DNA from: an uncultured delta proteobacterium | Lineage (GTDB): Bacteria > Myxococcota > UBA727 > VGSZ01 | Length of the DNA stretch: 64,000 nucleotides | NCBI GenBank assembly: GCA_963775425.1 | Contig: CAVZJB010000011.1 | Span: forward strand, 224,001-288,000 | Direction: 5' to 3' | Part shown: positions 1 to 9,970 of the stretch, piece after piece | Layout of the letters: the number at the start of each line of letters is the position of its first letter | How positions within the stretch are numbered: position 1 is the first letter of the stretch | Position numbers and translations under genes: made by a program | Notes under the pieces: model-generated | Databases searched by the model: none | What the model was told of the DNA's origin: nothing | The model's input: only the letters and a program-made list of their open reading frames with translations

Positions 1-2
1 CC

Positions 3-635
3 CCCGTCGGCGGCGAGATGTTGATGACCGAGGTGAGCGTGACCCCCGGTCGCGGCAAGCTCGCCACCACCGGCAAGCTCGGCGACGTCATGCAGGAGAG
101 CGCGCAGGCCGCCATGAGCTACGTGCGCTCGCGCGCGCGACAGCTCGGCCTGAGCCCCGACTTCTACGAGCGCATCGACGTCCACATCCACGTGCCCGAG
201 GGCGCCACGCCCAAGGACGGTCCCTCCGCCGGCGTCACCATCGCCACGTCGCTGGTGAGCGCGCTGACGCGGGTGCCCGTGCGGCACGAGGTGGCCATGA
301 CCGGTGAGATCACGCTGCGCGGGCGCGTGATGGCCATCGGCGGGCTCAAGGAGAAGTCGCTCGCGGCGCACCGCGCGGGCTGCAAGACCGTGATCATCCC
401 CAAGGACAACGAGGGTGATCTCGCGGACATCCCCGAGCAGGTGCGCAAGAAGCTCAAATTCGTCGCCGTCGAGCACGTGGACGAGGTCCTCAAGCTTGCG
501 CTGGCGAGCGACAATCCCGATGCTCTCTTCAAGAGGCTCTCCGAAGCGCCTCCGGCCGACGTGTTCGACGAGAGCTTGATGAAGCGCCGGCCGCGTTCCC
601 CCACCGAAGAAGCGGACGAAGCCAAGGTTCACTGA
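3..635 (+). CDS. lon: Lon protease, C-terminal protease domain (5'-truncated by window)
   Basis: [32 protein letters not shown] (catalytic Ser), [18 protein letters not shown] (catalytic Lys); frame is open to the window start. Confidence 0.96.
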   Translation, partial: PVGGEMLMTEVSVTPGRGKLATTGKLGDVMQESAQAAMSYVRSRARQLGLSPDFYERIDVHIHVPEGATPKDGPSAGVTIATSLVSALTRVPVRHEVAMTGEITLRGRVMAIGGLKEKSLAAHRAGCKTVIIPKDNEGDLADIPEQVRKKLKFVAVEHVDEVLKLALASDNPDALFKRLSEAPPADVFDESLMKRRPRSPTEEADEAKVH

Positions 636-2008
636 TGCACGGACAGCGACATGAGAGCGAGAGCGCGCAGAGCGATCTCGCCCTCATGCGCGCTCGCATC
701 GCGAGCTCCCTCGCCTGGGCGGCTTGTGTCTTCGGCCTCGTCGCCTACGTCCCCTCGGTGCTCGCGAGCGTCCACGCCGGGCATCTCCTTGTCGCGGCCG
801 CCGACACCGCCCTGTACGGCTGGGTGCTCGCGGTGCGCTTCCTCCCGCTCACGAGCGCGCAGCGCTCGCTCCACCTCGTCTTGCTCGCGCACACCGTCGG
901 CGCGATGTTGCTCGCCGCGCTCGGGCCGTTCGGCCACGGGGTCATGTGGCTCACCGGCGCCGCCGTGGTGGCGGCGATGCTCCTCGGGGTGCGCGCGGCC
1001 CTGTGGTCCACGGCCGCGCAGGTCGGCTTCGTCGCGCTCACGTCGCTGGCGCTGTTTGCCGTGCGTCCGTCGTGGTGGATCGCCGGGGGCGCCGGCCAGC
1101 CCTTCGCGTGGTTCGCCTTCGCCGGCGGCAGCGTGTTTTTGAGCGCGGCGCTGTCGGTGCCCATCGGAGAGCTCCTCGGCGGGCTCGCCTCTGCGCTCGC
1201 GTCGGTGCAGCGCGAGCGCGCCCGCCTCGCCGACGCCAACGCGCGCATCGTCAAAGAGGCCGAGAAGCGCGAGCGCCTCGAGGGGGAGCTCATGCAGGCG
1301 CGCAAGCTCGAAGCCATCGGACGGGTGGCGGCGGGGATCTCGCACGAGCTCAACAACCTGCTGCAGCCCATCGTGGCGCTGTCGATGACGGCGCGCGCGG
1401 CGCTCCCCGCGGAGAGCGCGGCGCGGGCGGACGTCGATGAGATCGCGAAGGCGGCGGAGCGCCTGCGCAGCCTGGTGCGCCAGGTGTCGACGTACGCGCG
1501 CCGCGACGACGGACAGCGGGCGCCGCTGTCGCTCGGGGACACGGTGCGCGGCGGGCTCGCGCTGTTGCGCGCGGGGGTGCCGTCGGCGGTGCGCATCGAG
1601 GTCGACGCGCCCGGCGACATCGACGACACCATCCTGGCGAGCGCGTCCGAGCTGCAGCAGGTGCTGTTGAACCTCGTGGCCAACGCCGCGTACGCCATGC
1701 GCGAGCGCGGCGGCCGCCTCGGCCTCGCCGTCGTCGCCCGCGCCGCCGCGGTGCCGGCGCTCCTGCGCGACGCGGGTCGCGGCTTCGTGCGCCTCGACGT
1801 CAGCGACGAGGGCGAGGGCATGGACGCCGCCACGCTCGAGCGGGTCTTCGAGCCGTTTTTCACCACCAAGCCGGCGGGCGAGGGGACGGGCTTCGGGCTG
1901 GCCACCGTGCACCGCATCGTCACGTCGCTCGGCGGCGCGGTGTCGGCGACGAGCACGCCCGGCGTGGGCAGCACGTTCACCCTCGTGTTCCCCCGGGCGA
2001 GCGCGTAG
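635..2008 (+). CDS. Membrane sensor histidine kinase (HisKA + HATPase)
   Basis: Multi-TM N-terminus; H-box GISHELNNLL, N-box QVLLNLVANA, DEGEGM, FEPFFTTK, GTGFGL; start overlaps the lon stop (TGATG). Confidence 0.92.
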   Translation: MHGQRHESESAQSDLALMRARIASSLAWAACVFGLVAYVPSVLASVHAGHLLVAAADTALYGWVLAVRFLPLTSAQRSLHLVLLAHTVGAMLLAALGPFGHGVMWLTGAAVVAAMLLGVRAALWSTAAQVGFVALTSLALFAVRPSWWIAGGAGQPFAWFAFAGGSVFLSAALSVPIGELLGGLASALASVQRERARLADANARIVKEAEKRERLEGELMQARKLEAIGRVAAGISHELNNLLQPIVALSMTARAALPAESAARADVDEIAKAAERLRSLVRQVSTYARRDDGQRAPLSLGDTVRGGLALLRAGVPSAVRIEVDAPGDIDDTILASASELQQVLLNLVANAAYAMRERGGRLGLAVVARAAAVPALLRDAGRGFVRLDVSDEGEGMDAATLERVFEPFFTTKPAGEGTGFGLATVHRIVTSLGGAVSATSTPGVGSTFTLVFPRASA

Positions 2009-2029
2009 GCGGCGCGCCCGCCGCTTCGC

Positions 2030-3121
2030 GTGGACGTCGCCGGCCGGCCGCACGTAGGCTGCCTCGTGCTCGCCGCGCTCGCCGCGCTCGCCGCCGCCTC
2101 CGCCGGAGCGCTCGCCCCGGGCACCGCGGCGTTCGTCGTCGAGGGCACCGCGTCGATGCGCGCCGCCCCCGGCGCCGCCGCCGCCGTCGTCCGACAGCTC
2201 CCGATCTGGACCGCCGTGCGCGTCGACACCGTGGAGCACGGCTGGGCCCGCGTCCTCGCAGGCCCGCGCGTCCTCGTCTACGACAGCCCCGGCGGCGAGG
2301 CGCGGCCGGTGGCGCCGTCGACGTTTTCGCCGTCCGCGCCGGCGGGCTGGTTGCCCGTGGCCTCGCTCGACCCCGCGCCGCCCTCGCGCCGCGCGCTCCT
2401 CACCGCCGCGCGCGCCGCCTCCGACGACACCGCGCGCCGGGTCCTGCTCCTGCGCGCCTGGGCGCTCGATCCGCACGACCCCGCCGTCGTGAGCGTCGCC
2501 GCCCCGGCCGCGCGCTCCCGCGTCCTGCGCCGCGCCGCGCCCTTTGCGCGGGCGGACCTCGTCTTCGGCTGCCACGGCGACCTCGCGCGCGCCCGCGTGG
2601 CGTCGGGCGTGCTCCTCGGGCGCCGGCCCGGCGCCGCGCCCACGGGCGACGTCTGCCTCGAGCGCGTCGACGTGCGCACGCCGTGCGACGACGAGCGGCG
2701 GGCGTCGCACCGGCGCGAGGCGGGGGAGCTCACCGCGCGCTTCGGCGCGCACGGGCCGGCCCTGCGGCTCGAGGCCGGACCGGGCGCTGGGGATCTGCCG
2801 ATCTACGTCGTCACGCGCCTCCTCGCCGCCGACGGATGCGCCGGCGACGTGCCGCTCGCGGCCTCGACGGACGTGAAGGTCGAGCGGCTGCGCGTCCCGG
2901 TCATCGAGCACGGCGGGACCACGCTGCACGTCCTCGTGCCCCGCTACGGCGGCGCGCTCTACGACGTGGTCGCCGCCGACAGCGCCGCCGACGTCGACGG
3001 CTCCCGTGAGAGCTTCGAGCTCGGCCCCGACTTCGACGTGGACCCCCGGCTCGAGCCGGGCCCCGGGCACCACCTCTTCGTCGCCCCCGACGCATGTTGC
3101 GCCGCCGAAGACGAGCCCTGA
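2030..3121 (+). CDS. Exported hypothetical protein with SH3b-like N-terminal domain
   Basis: Signal-like N-terminus followed by ASMRAAPG..AVVRQLPIWTAVRV..EHGWARV, which resembles bacterial SH3. Confidence 0.55.
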   Translation: MDVAGRPHVGCLVLAALAALAAASAGALAPGTAAFVVEGTASMRAAPGAAAAVVRQLPIWTAVRVDTVEHGWARVLAGPRVLVYDSPGGEARPVAPSTFSPSAPAGWLPVASLDPAPPSRRALLTAARAASDDTARRVLLLRAWALDPHDPAVVSVAAPAARSRVLRRAAPFARADLVFGCHGDLARARVASGVLLGRRPGAAPTGDVCLERVDVRTPCDDERRASHRREAGELTARFGAHGPALRLEAGPGAGDLPIYVVTRLLAADGCAGDVPLAASTDVKVERLRVPVIEHGGTTLHVLVPRYGGALYDVVAADSAADVDGSRESFELGPDFDVDPRLEPGPGHHLFVAPDACCAAEDEP

Positions 3122-3136
3122 TAGAGTTCCTCGCAC

Positions 3137-4126
3137 ATGGTCAACGGCGCTTCGAAGAAGAAGGGGGAGCAACGAGTCGGGCCCTTCGTCCTCGTCGACG
3201 AGCTCCCCGGCGGCGGCAGCGCTCGGGTGTTCCGGGCCGTCTACGCGCCGCCCGCGCGCGACCCGAGCGTCCCGCTCGCGCCCGGTGAGCACGGCTGCAT
3301 CAAGGTCCTGCGCGACACCGCCGCGCGCGACACCGCGGTGTCGTCGACGTTTTCGCGAGAGGCCGAGCTGCTCTCCATGGTCGAGCACCCGAACATCGTC
3401 CGCGGCATCACCCGCGGCGTCACCGCGGGGCGCGTGTGGAGCGCCGTCGAGTACATCGAGGGCGAGAACCTCTCGACGCTGTTCCTCATCATGCGCCAGG
3501 AGAAGCTGCGGCTGCGTCCCGAGCTCGTCGCCAGCCTCGCGGCCGACATCCTCGCCGGCGTCGCCGCCGCGCAGGCGATCATCGATCACCGCGGGCGCTC
3601 GCTCGGCCTCATCCATCGCGACCTGTCGCCGAAGAACGTGATGATCGATTACAAGGGCACCGCCAAGGTCATCGACTTCGGCAGCGCGCTGCTGTCCTTG
3701 CGCGAGGAGCCCAGCGGCGACGTCGTCGGCACGCCGGGCTACCTGAGCCCCGAGCAGGCCAAGCGCGACCAGCTCACCCAGGGTGTCGACGTCTACCAGG
3801 TGGGCCTGTTGATGTACGAGATGCTCACGGGGGAGCGCGCCTTCCCCGTGGAGAGCGCCACCGACGAGGCGCTCCTGCGCTCCCACGCCAACAACCGCCG
3901 CGCGCCGTGGCCGCGGGGGCTCGATCTGCCCATCGAGCTGAAGGCGCTCGTGGACACCGCGCTCGGCGAGACACCGGAAGATCGCCCTGCCGACGCCGCC
4001 GCGTTCTACGCCCTGGTGGAGAGCCTCGTGGCCGATCCCGACGAGTCGCGGCGGCGGCTCGCGGTGGTCATGCGCGACCTCGTCCGGAGCAACCCCGAAA
4101 AGCCCGACCCGCTCTACGTGTCCTGA
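3137..4126 (+). CDS. Cytoplasmic Hanks-type Ser/Thr protein kinase
   Basis: CIKVL, HPNIV, IHRDLSPKNV, DFG, GTPGYLSPEQ, DVYQVG; kinase domain only. Confidence 0.92.
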   Translation: MVNGASKKKGEQRVGPFVLVDELPGGGSARVFRAVYAPPARDPSVPLAPGEHGCIKVLRDTAARDTAVSSTFSREAELLSMVEHPNIVRGITRGVTAGRVWSAVEYIEGENLSTLFLIMRQEKLRLRPELVASLAADILAGVAAAQAIIDHRGRSLGLIHRDLSPKNVMIDYKGTAKVIDFGSALLSLREEPSGDVVGTPGYLSPEQAKRDQLTQGVDVYQVGLLMYEMLTGERAFPVESATDEALLRSHANNRRAPWPRGLDLPIELKALVDTALGETPEDRPADAAAFYALVESLVADPDESRRRLAVVMRDLVRSNPEKPDPLYVS

Positions 4127-4130
4127 AGCT

Positions 4131-4466
4131 TCAGGTGTCGTGAAGCTTCGCACCCTGCCAGGCGAGGAGCGCCCACGCCGCCAGGAAGCAGAGCCCGCCG
4201 AACGGCGTGATGACGCCGAGGATCTTGATGCCCGACAGCGCGAGCACGTAGAGGCTCCCCGAAAACAGCACGATCCCGGCGGCCGCCAGACGCATCACCC
4301 AGGGGAAGCGGCCGGCCGCCGCGATGAGGACGGCGTGCACCAGGTGATACAGGACGGCGGTGCGCCAGATCTGGGCGCCGTCGACCCCGAGCCGCTCCTT
4401 GAGGGCGTGGGCGCCGAAGGCGCCGAGGGCGACACCGAGAAAGCCGAAGATCCCCGCGAGTCTCAT
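4131..4466 (-). CDS. DUF423/YgdD-like small membrane protein
   Basis: GVALGAFGAHAL, WRTAVLYHLVH, GIVLFSGSLY, ITPFGG; start reassigned to ATG 4466. Confidence 0.88.
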   Translation of the reverse strand: MRLAGIFGFLGVALGAFGAHALKERLGVDGAQIWRTAVLYHLVHAVLIAAAGRFPWVMRLAAAGIVLFSGSLYVLALSGIKILGVITPFGGLCFLAAWALLAWQGAKLHDT

Positions 4467-4503
4467 GCCGTGACGTCTTGCACGGGACACCTGGGTCGTC
4501 GAG

Positions 4504-4761
4504 GTGCGGTTCATCATCGAGGGGAGTACCATCGCAGCGATGTCACTCATGTCCCCGGCCATGCTCATGACGTTCGCGTACCTTGCGATCGGCCTCGGGA
4601 CCACCATGGCCGCCTGGGTGGCGATGCCGGACGAGATCGAGATGGCCATCGGCTTCGACCTCGAGGACGAGGATGATCGCCCCGCCCTGCGCTACCTCGT
4701 CACCGTGCTCTTCGTGATCTCCTGGCCGGTCCTGCTGGCCGAGGTCCTGAGGAAGCGCTAA
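4504..4761 (+). CDS. Small two-TM hypothetical protein (start uncertain, possibly 4540 or 4549)
   Basis: Two hydrophobic segments, GC3-rich codons, ends 9 bp before the TlpA gene. Confidence 0.55.
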   Translation: MRFIIEGSTIAAMSLMSPAMLMTFAYLAIGLGTTMAAWVAMPDEIEMAIGFDLEDEDDRPALRYLVTVLFVISWPVLLAEVLRKR

Positions 4762-4770
4762 GCCGGTGCC

Positions 4771-5529
4771 GTGAGCGCCGAAGACCCAGCCGCCGACAGC
4801 CCCCCGACCCATCCCGCCGACACGGCCGCCGCCGCCGCCGCGCCGCCCGACACGGCGGAGACGGGCGACAAGCCCGGCGAGAAGCTCGAGGGCGAGGACG
4901 CCAAGGACCTCGTCGGCATCATGTACTCCGAGAAGAAGTGGGTGGTGCCTGCCTGGTACAAGGCCCTCTTCTTCTGGTTCGCGCTGGCCCTCATCCTGCC
5001 GCTTTCGGGCTACACCGCCTGGAAGCGCATCACCTTCACGCGCCTCCTCGTCGACAGCGTCGTCGAGCCCGAGGACTGGAACGACGCCGCGGCGCCCCCG
5101 GTGAAGCTGCCCCAGGGCGACGGCGGCGCCGTCGTCGACATCTCGCAGTTCCACGGCCAGTGGGTGCTGTTGAACTTCTGGGCCACCTGGTGCGCCCCCT
5201 GCCGCGACGAGATGCCGTCGCTCGAGATGCTCAACCGCCGCCTCCAGCAGGAAAAGCTGCCCATCCACCTGGTCGCCGCGTCCGTCGACGAGGACTGGAA
5301 AGAGGTGAACCGCTTCTTCGGCGACACCAAGCCCACGTTCACGGTCCTGTGGGACAAGGACAAGGCAACCAGCTTCTCCTACGGCACCCGCAAGTTCCCC
5401 GAGACGTACCTCATCGACCCCGACGGCAAGGTCGCCGCCAAGTTCACCGGCCCGCGCGACTGGTACAACCAGGGCACCGTCCAGTACTTCGACGAGGTCC
5501 TCGCCGGCAAGCGCAAGCCCGTCTCGTAA
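4771..5529 (+). CDS. TlpA/ResA-family membrane-anchored thiol-disulfide oxidoreductase
   Basis: TM anchor, VLLNFWATWCAPCRDEMPSL, FPETYLIDPDG. Confidence 0.92.
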   Translation: MSAEDPAADSPPTHPADTAAAAAAPPDTAETGDKPGEKLEGEDAKDLVGIMYSEKKWVVPAWYKALFFWFALALILPLSGYTAWKRITFTRLLVDSVVEPEDWNDAAAPPVKLPQGDGGAVVDISQFHGQWVLLNFWATWCAPCRDEMPSLEMLNRRLQQEKLPIHLVAASVDEDWKEVNRFFGDTKPTFTVLWDKDKATSFSYGTRKFPETYLIDPDGKVAAKFTGPRDWYNQGTVQYFDEVLAGKRKPVS

Positions 5530-5589
5530 CCCCGGCCCGTGTCACCGGCCCCGGTGGACCGGGCCCCTCCGGCACGTTACGACGAGGAG

Positions 5590-6180
5590 ATGGACCCCCT
5601 CGCGGCCGCTCTCGTCGGCGCCGGCTACGTCGCCGGGTCCATTCCGTTCGGGCTGATCCTCGCCAAGCTGGTCGGCAACAAGGACGTACGCACCGAAGGC
5701 AGCGGGAACATCGGGGCCACCAACGTCGCGCGCGTGGTCGGCAAGAAGCTCGGCGTCGTGGTGCTCGTCCTCGACGCGGCCAAGGGCTTCGTCCCCGTCT
5801 TCGTCGCCTCGCGCCTGGTGACCCACGACCGCGCCTTCCTGGCCGGCCTCGTCGGCCTCGCCGCCATCCTCGGACACTGCTTCCCGGTCTGGCTCAAGCT
5901 CCGCGGCGGCAAGGGCGTCGCCACCGGGCTCGGCGTGCTGCTCGCCGCCCGCCCCGAGGCCGCCGCCGCCGGCCTCGTCTGCTTCGCCGTCGCCTACGCG
6001 TTCCTGCGCAGGGTCAGCGCGGGCTCGCTCGTCGCGGCCCTCGCCGTCGTCGCCACCCTCGCGGTGCTCGGGCCCTACGACGTCTCCATCCTGCCCATCG
6101 CGGCCGCCGCCGTCGTCATCGTCGCCCGCCACCACGGGAACATCCGCCGCTTGCTGCACGGCAAGGAGCTCAAGGTGTGA
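5590..6180 (+). CDS. plsY: Glycerol-3-phosphate acyltransferase PlsY
   Basis: GSIPFG, GSGNIGATNVAR, DAAKG, GHCFPVW..GGKGVAT, HHGNIRRL; GAGGAG SD before ATG 5590. Confidence 0.95.
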   Translation: MDPLAAALVGAGYVAGSIPFGLILAKLVGNKDVRTEGSGNIGATNVARVVGKKLGVVVLVLDAAKGFVPVFVASRLVTHDRAFLAGLVGLAAILGHCFPVWLKLRGGKGVATGLGVLLAARPEAAAAGLVCFAVAYAFLRRVSAGSLVAALAVVATLAVLGPYDVSILPIAAAAVVIVARHHGNIRRLLHGKELKV

Positions 6181-6443
6181 GCGCGCTCGAGAAGATCCTC
6201 GCGCAGCGCCGCGCCCGCCTCGAGCGCAGCGCCACCATGCAGGCGTACTCGCGCTGGATGGGGCTCGCCCTCGAGATCCCCCTCGGCGTCGCCTTCGGCC
6301 TCGTCGCCGGCGCCGCCCTCGACCGGCACTGGGGCACCCGGCCGTGGGGCGTGTGGATCGGCCTCGTCTTCGGCTTCGTCGTCGCGGGGCGCGCGATGTT
6401 TCGCCTCGTCAGGGCCTATCGCCGGGAGAACGCCGATGCGTGA
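6177..6443 (+). CDS. AtpZ/AtpI-family ATP synthase accessory protein
   Basis: GLALEIPLGVAFGLVAGAALDRHWGTRPWGVWIGLVFG; GTG overlaps the plsY stop; lies upstream of atpB. Confidence 0.82.
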   Translation: MSALEKILAQRRARLERSATMQAYSRWMGLALEIPLGVAFGLVAGAALDRHWGTRPWGVWIGLVFGFVVAGRAMFRLVRAYRRENADA

Positions 6444-6918
6444 CGACGACCTCTTCGGCGATGGCGCCTCACACACAGACCCCGACGGCGGCGCCGGGGA
6501 AGACACGTACCTCCCCGACGAGGACGCCGCGCCCACGCCCGAGGGCCGCGTCGCGCAGGCCACAGGCGAGCTGAAGAAGCTCCTGGCCGCGAGCGCCGCC
6601 GCCACCGTGCTGATGGGCGCCGCCGTCGCCGCCGTCGACGCGTGGCGCGCGGCGGGCTTCCACAACACGGCGGGCTACCTCGTGGGCGCGGCGGTGGCCA
6701 CGCTCAACCTCGTGTTGCTCGCGGGCGGATGGTTCCAGGTGATGCGCGGGCAGGGCACCAGCGCGCGCGCCCTCGTCGCGTTCCTCGGATCGTTCCTCGC
6801 CCTCGTCCTCCTCGCGGCGTGGGTGGTGCTCGCGCATCGCGCGTGGACGTTGGGCTTCGCGCTCGGCCTCACCACGCCCGCGCTCGCGGGCATCTTGTAC
6901 GGGCGAACCCTGCGGTAA
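6436..6918 (+). CDS. ATP synthase subunit I-like membrane protein
   Basis: About 4 TM segments; position between the atpZ-like gene and atpB. Confidence 0.65.
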   Translation: MRDDDLFGDGASHTDPDGGAGEDTYLPDEDAAPTPEGRVAQATGELKKLLAASAAATVLMGAAVAAVDAWRAAGFHNTAGYLVGAAVATLNLVLLAGGWFQVMRGQGTSARALVAFLGSFLALVLLAAWVVLAHRAWTLGFALGLTTPALAGILYGRTLR

Positions 6919-6972
6919 CTTGCCGCACCGGAAGTCCTTGCCTCGGTCGGAAACACGGGGCATGACGCCGCC

Positions 6973-7758
6973 ATGGATCACCACACGACGTGGTTGGCGT
7001 TCCTGCCCGGCTACCAGTCCCTCCTGCATTACGTGCAGGAGAACTACGGCCGCACCGAGCTGATGAACCACGACGGCATCACCACCGTGCACCATGTGTT
7101 CGCGGCCGCCATCGTGTTGATCATCCTGTTCATCGCGTCGTTCATGGCCAGGCGCCAGGTCGCCGACATCGACAAGGCCATCGTGCCGCCGAGGAAGATC
7201 GGCGTGGTGGCGTTCTTCGAGCTGTTCCTCGAGACGCTGTTCGGCGTGATGGAGTCCACCATCGGGCCGACCTACAAGCGCTACGTGCCGCTCATCGGCA
7301 CCCTGGCGCTGTTCATCTTCGTCAACAACCTCTTGAACCTCATCCCCGGGATGAAGGGCGGCACCGACGCCGTCAGCACCACGTTCGCGCTCAGCTCCAT
7401 CGTGTGGATCTACTTCAACTTCCACGCGCTGCGCGTGCAGGGGTTCCACCACTTCGTCCACCTCGCCAACCCCATCGGCGAGTGGTGGGGCTGGTTCCTC
7501 GCGCCGCTCATGTTCCCCATCGAGATGGCGTCGCTGGTGATGCGCGCGGTCTCCCTGGCCATCCGCCTCTCGGCGAACATGATCGCCGACCACGCGCTCC
7601 TCCTCGCGTTCGCGGGCATCTTCCCGTTGCTTCTTCCGCTGCCGTTCTACGCGCTGGGCCTCCTCGTGTGCCTGGTGCAGACGGCGGTGTTCGTCATCCT
7701 CTCGTGCGTCTACATCGCGCTGCACACGGCCGAGCCGGAGCACGAAGGCCACCACTGA
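6973..7758 (+). CDS. atpB: F0F1 ATP synthase subunit a
   Basis: LMFPIEMAS..RAVSLAIRLSANMIADH (essential Arg), VQTAVFVILSCVY. Confidence 0.96.
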   Translation: MDHHTTWLAFLPGYQSLLHYVQENYGRTELMNHDGITTVHHVFAAAIVLIILFIASFMARRQVADIDKAIVPPRKIGVVAFFELFLETLFGVMESTIGPTYKRYVPLIGTLALFIFVNNLLNLIPGMKGGTDAVSTTFALSSIVWIYFNFHALRVQGFHHFVHLANPIGEWWGWFLAPLMFPIEMASLVMRAVSLAIRLSANMIADHALLLAFAGIFPLLLPLPFYALGLLVCLVQTAVFVILSCVYIALHTAEPEHEGHH

Positions 7759-7786
7759 TTCCACCCCCCGTCGCAAAGGAAACGTC

Positions 7787-8125
7787 ATGAACCGCATGAA
7801 CCGCCTCCTCGCCTTCTTCGTCCCGTTGCTCACGCTCGTCATCGCGTCGCCCGCGTTCGCCCAGGAGGGCGGCGGCGGCGACAGCGGCAACAAGGCCATC
7901 TGGGGCATCGGCGCCGGCCTCGCCGTCGGCCTCGCCGCGCTCGGCGGCGGCATCGGCCAGGGCCGCGCCGCGGGCAGCGCCCTCGAGGGCATCGCGCGCA
8001 ACCCGTCGGCGTCGGGCAAGGTCTTCGTGCCCTTCATCCTCGGCATGGCGCTCATCGAGTCGCTGGTGCTCTTCGCGCTGCTCATCGCCATGGGCGCCAT
8101 CGGGCCCATCAGCCTCGCGCACTGA
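7787..8125 (+). CDS. atpE: F0F1 ATP synthase subunit c with N-terminal signal-like extension
   Basis: GLAALGGGIGQG, GIARNP loop, ALIESL (ion-binding Glu). Confidence 0.96.
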   Translation: MNRMNRLLAFFVPLLTLVIASPAFAQEGGGGDSGNKAIWGIGAGLAVGLAALGGGIGQGRAAGSALEGIARNPSASGKVFVPFILGMALIESLVLFALLIAMGAIGPISLAH

Positions 8126-8143
8126 CCGAACAGGCGTGGGACC

Positions 8144-8190
8144 GTCGGCGGGGAGAGTCCCTGCCGACGCGGGGGGAGAGCCCCCGCCCT
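8144..8190. repeat. Hairpin plus degenerate REP-like palindrome after atpE
   Basis: GTCGGCGGGG..CCCTGCCGAC stem, then GCGGGGGGAGAGCCCCCGCCCT resembling the REP at 16547. Confidence 0.5.
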
Positions 8191-8202
8191 GGTGACCGCG
8201 CC

Positions 8203-9165
8203 GTGCCCAAGCATCGCAAGCGCTCCGAGCCCGAGCTCGCTCCCTGGCGCCGCGCGCACGTCGACGTGCCCGCGGCCGCCGCGGACGCGGTCTCGGGCTT
8301 GCTCGTCGACGAGGGCGCGCTCGGCCTCGAGACCGAGGACGACGAGACGCGCGCGGTGCCGGGGCGCGCGCAGGCGCCCACCGGGCGGGCCGTCGTGACG
8401 GCGACGTTTTCGCGCGCGCGCGGTCTCGAGGCGCGCATCCTCAAGCGCATCGCCGACCTCGCTCACCACGTCGAGAGCGCCGCCGACGCGGAGGTCACCT
8501 GGGAAGACCTCTGGCCCGAGGACTGGAACGCGATCTTCCGCCAGCACTGGAAGCCGTTTCGCTGCGGCGTGCGCGTGTGGGTGTGTCCGTCCTGGGAGCG
8601 GGAGACGTTCATCGCCGAGCGCGTCGGCGAGGGCCCGGAGCCCGTCGTGCTCTACCTCGACGCGGGCATGGCCTTCGGCACGGGGACGCACGAGACCACG
8701 CAGTTGTGCATCGACGCCCTCGAGGCGCGCGCGGGCGCGCTCGGCCGCGTGTACGACGTCGGCACCGGCACCGGCATCCTCTCCATCGCCGCGCTGCGGC
8801 TCGGCGCGAAGAGCGCCCTCGGCACCGACATCGATCCCGTCGCCGTCGCGGCCGCGCGCGAAAACGCGGCGAACAACGGCGTGGCCGCGGGGCTCACCGC
8901 CGCCGCGCCCGCGCGCACATCGTCGTCGTCGCGGGGGCAGGACGGGAGCTTCGACACCGTCGTCGCCAACATCCTCGCCGGCACGCTGCTCGACCTCGCC
9001 GTCGACATCGCGGCGGCGGTGGGCCCGGGTGGCGTGTTGTTCCTCTCGGGCGTGCTCGCCGAGCAGGAGCGCGCGGTGCGCACCGCGTACGAGGCGCTTG
9101 GCCTGGTGCACACGGGGACGGCGAAGAAGAACGACTGGGTCCGCATCGACCTGCGGCGCCCATGA
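8203..9165 (+). CDS. prmA: Ribosomal protein L11 methyltransferase
   Basis: EDWNAIFRQHWKP, LDAGMAFGTGTHETT, DVGTGTGILSI, DIDPVAV, VVANIL, LSGVL. Confidence 0.93.
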   Translation: MPKHRKRSEPELAPWRRAHVDVPAAAADAVSGLLVDEGALGLETEDDETRAVPGRAQAPTGRAVVTATFSRARGLEARILKRIADLAHHVESAADAEVTWEDLWPEDWNAIFRQHWKPFRCGVRVWVCPSWERETFIAERVGEGPEPVVLYLDAGMAFGTGTHETTQLCIDALEARAGALGRVYDVGTGTGILSIAALRLGAKSALGTDIDPVAVAAARENAANNGVAAGLTAAAPARTSSSSRGQDGSFDTVVANILAGTLLDLAVDIAAAVGPGGVLFLSGVLAEQERAVRTAYEALGLVHTGTAKKNDWVRIDLRRP

Positions 9166-9214
9166 TCGAGCCTGGCGCGGAGCGGCGCCCGAAGCCCTCG
9201 CCGGGTGAGCACGC

Positions 9215-9961
9215 GTGATCGTCCATCACCAAAGCGGCGCCGCCCTCGTCGTCGACGAGCTGCTCGTGCGATCCGCGTGGGAGGGCGTGCTCGAGGGCGT
9301 GCCCGACGTCGAATCCTTCCAGCGCACCGGGCGCGACGTCGTCGACGGCGCGTTCGGCGCGCGCGCGACGCGACGGCTCGCGCCATGTCCGATCCCCGAG
9401 AGCGCCGAGGCGCGCCGGCGCCGCGCCGCCGAGCTCCCTGCCTTCGTGTGCGCCGCCGACGTCCGCTTCGACCGCGGCGCCCCCGAGGGCGAGGAGCGCG
9501 CGGCGCTCGCGTGGTTCTCCGGGCGCGCGCTGGACCGCGCCGTGGAGGACGAGCTGCAGGCGGCCGCCGGCATCTCCCTCGACGAAGATCCCGCGCCGCG
9601 CCCGCTCGAGCGGCGGGCGGCCTACGAGCCGTTCGAGAGCGCCGACGGCGTCGTCGCCCACGTGCAGGAGCTGCGCGTGCGCTTCGCCGTCGTCGGCGCC
9701 GCGCACGACGCGCTCGCGGCGTGGTTGCCCAAGGGACACGTCGTGCTCCCGCACGACTTCCTGCGCGTGGACGCCCCCGTCCTCGTGCGCATGCGCCTCG
9801 AGGGGCCGCGGCTGCCGCGCAGCGGGCGGGCGCTGCCCGCGTCAGCGCTCCGGCTGGCGCTCGTCGCGCAGTCGCCGGGGGCGGCCCCGCTGCGCACGCT
9901 CGTCGCCGGCGCGCTCGCGCGCGTGGAGTGGAACCGCATCGCGACCCCCATGCCGCGTTGA
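9215..9961 (+). CDS. Hypothetical protein
   Basis: GC3-biased ORF filling the gap after prmA; no motif recognised. Confidence 0.6.
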   Translation: MIVHHQSGAALVVDELLVRSAWEGVLEGVPDVESFQRTGRDVVDGAFGARATRRLAPCPIPESAEARRRRAAELPAFVCAADVRFDRGAPEGEERAALAWFSGRALDRAVEDELQAAAGISLDEDPAPRPLERRAAYEPFESADGVVAHVQELRVRFAVVGAAHDALAAWLPKGHVVLPHDFLRVDAPVLVRMRLEGPRLPRSGRALPASALRLALVAQSPGAAPLRTLVAGALARVEWNRIATPMPR

Positions 9962-9970
9962 GCGGCGCGG

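Noticed and set aside
635-2008. Histidine kinase coupled to lon as a dedicated regulatory pair
   Set aside because: Orphan kinases and overlapping stops are common in such genomes; no further support
7787-8125. Possible Na+-coupled c subunit (Gln plus ES)
   Set aside because: Reads ESLVLF, lacking the Thr and Tyr of the full Na+ signature; not supportable
6177-8125. ATP synthase operon missing b, delta and F1 genes
   Set aside because: A split atp operon is normal in deltaproteobacterial lineages
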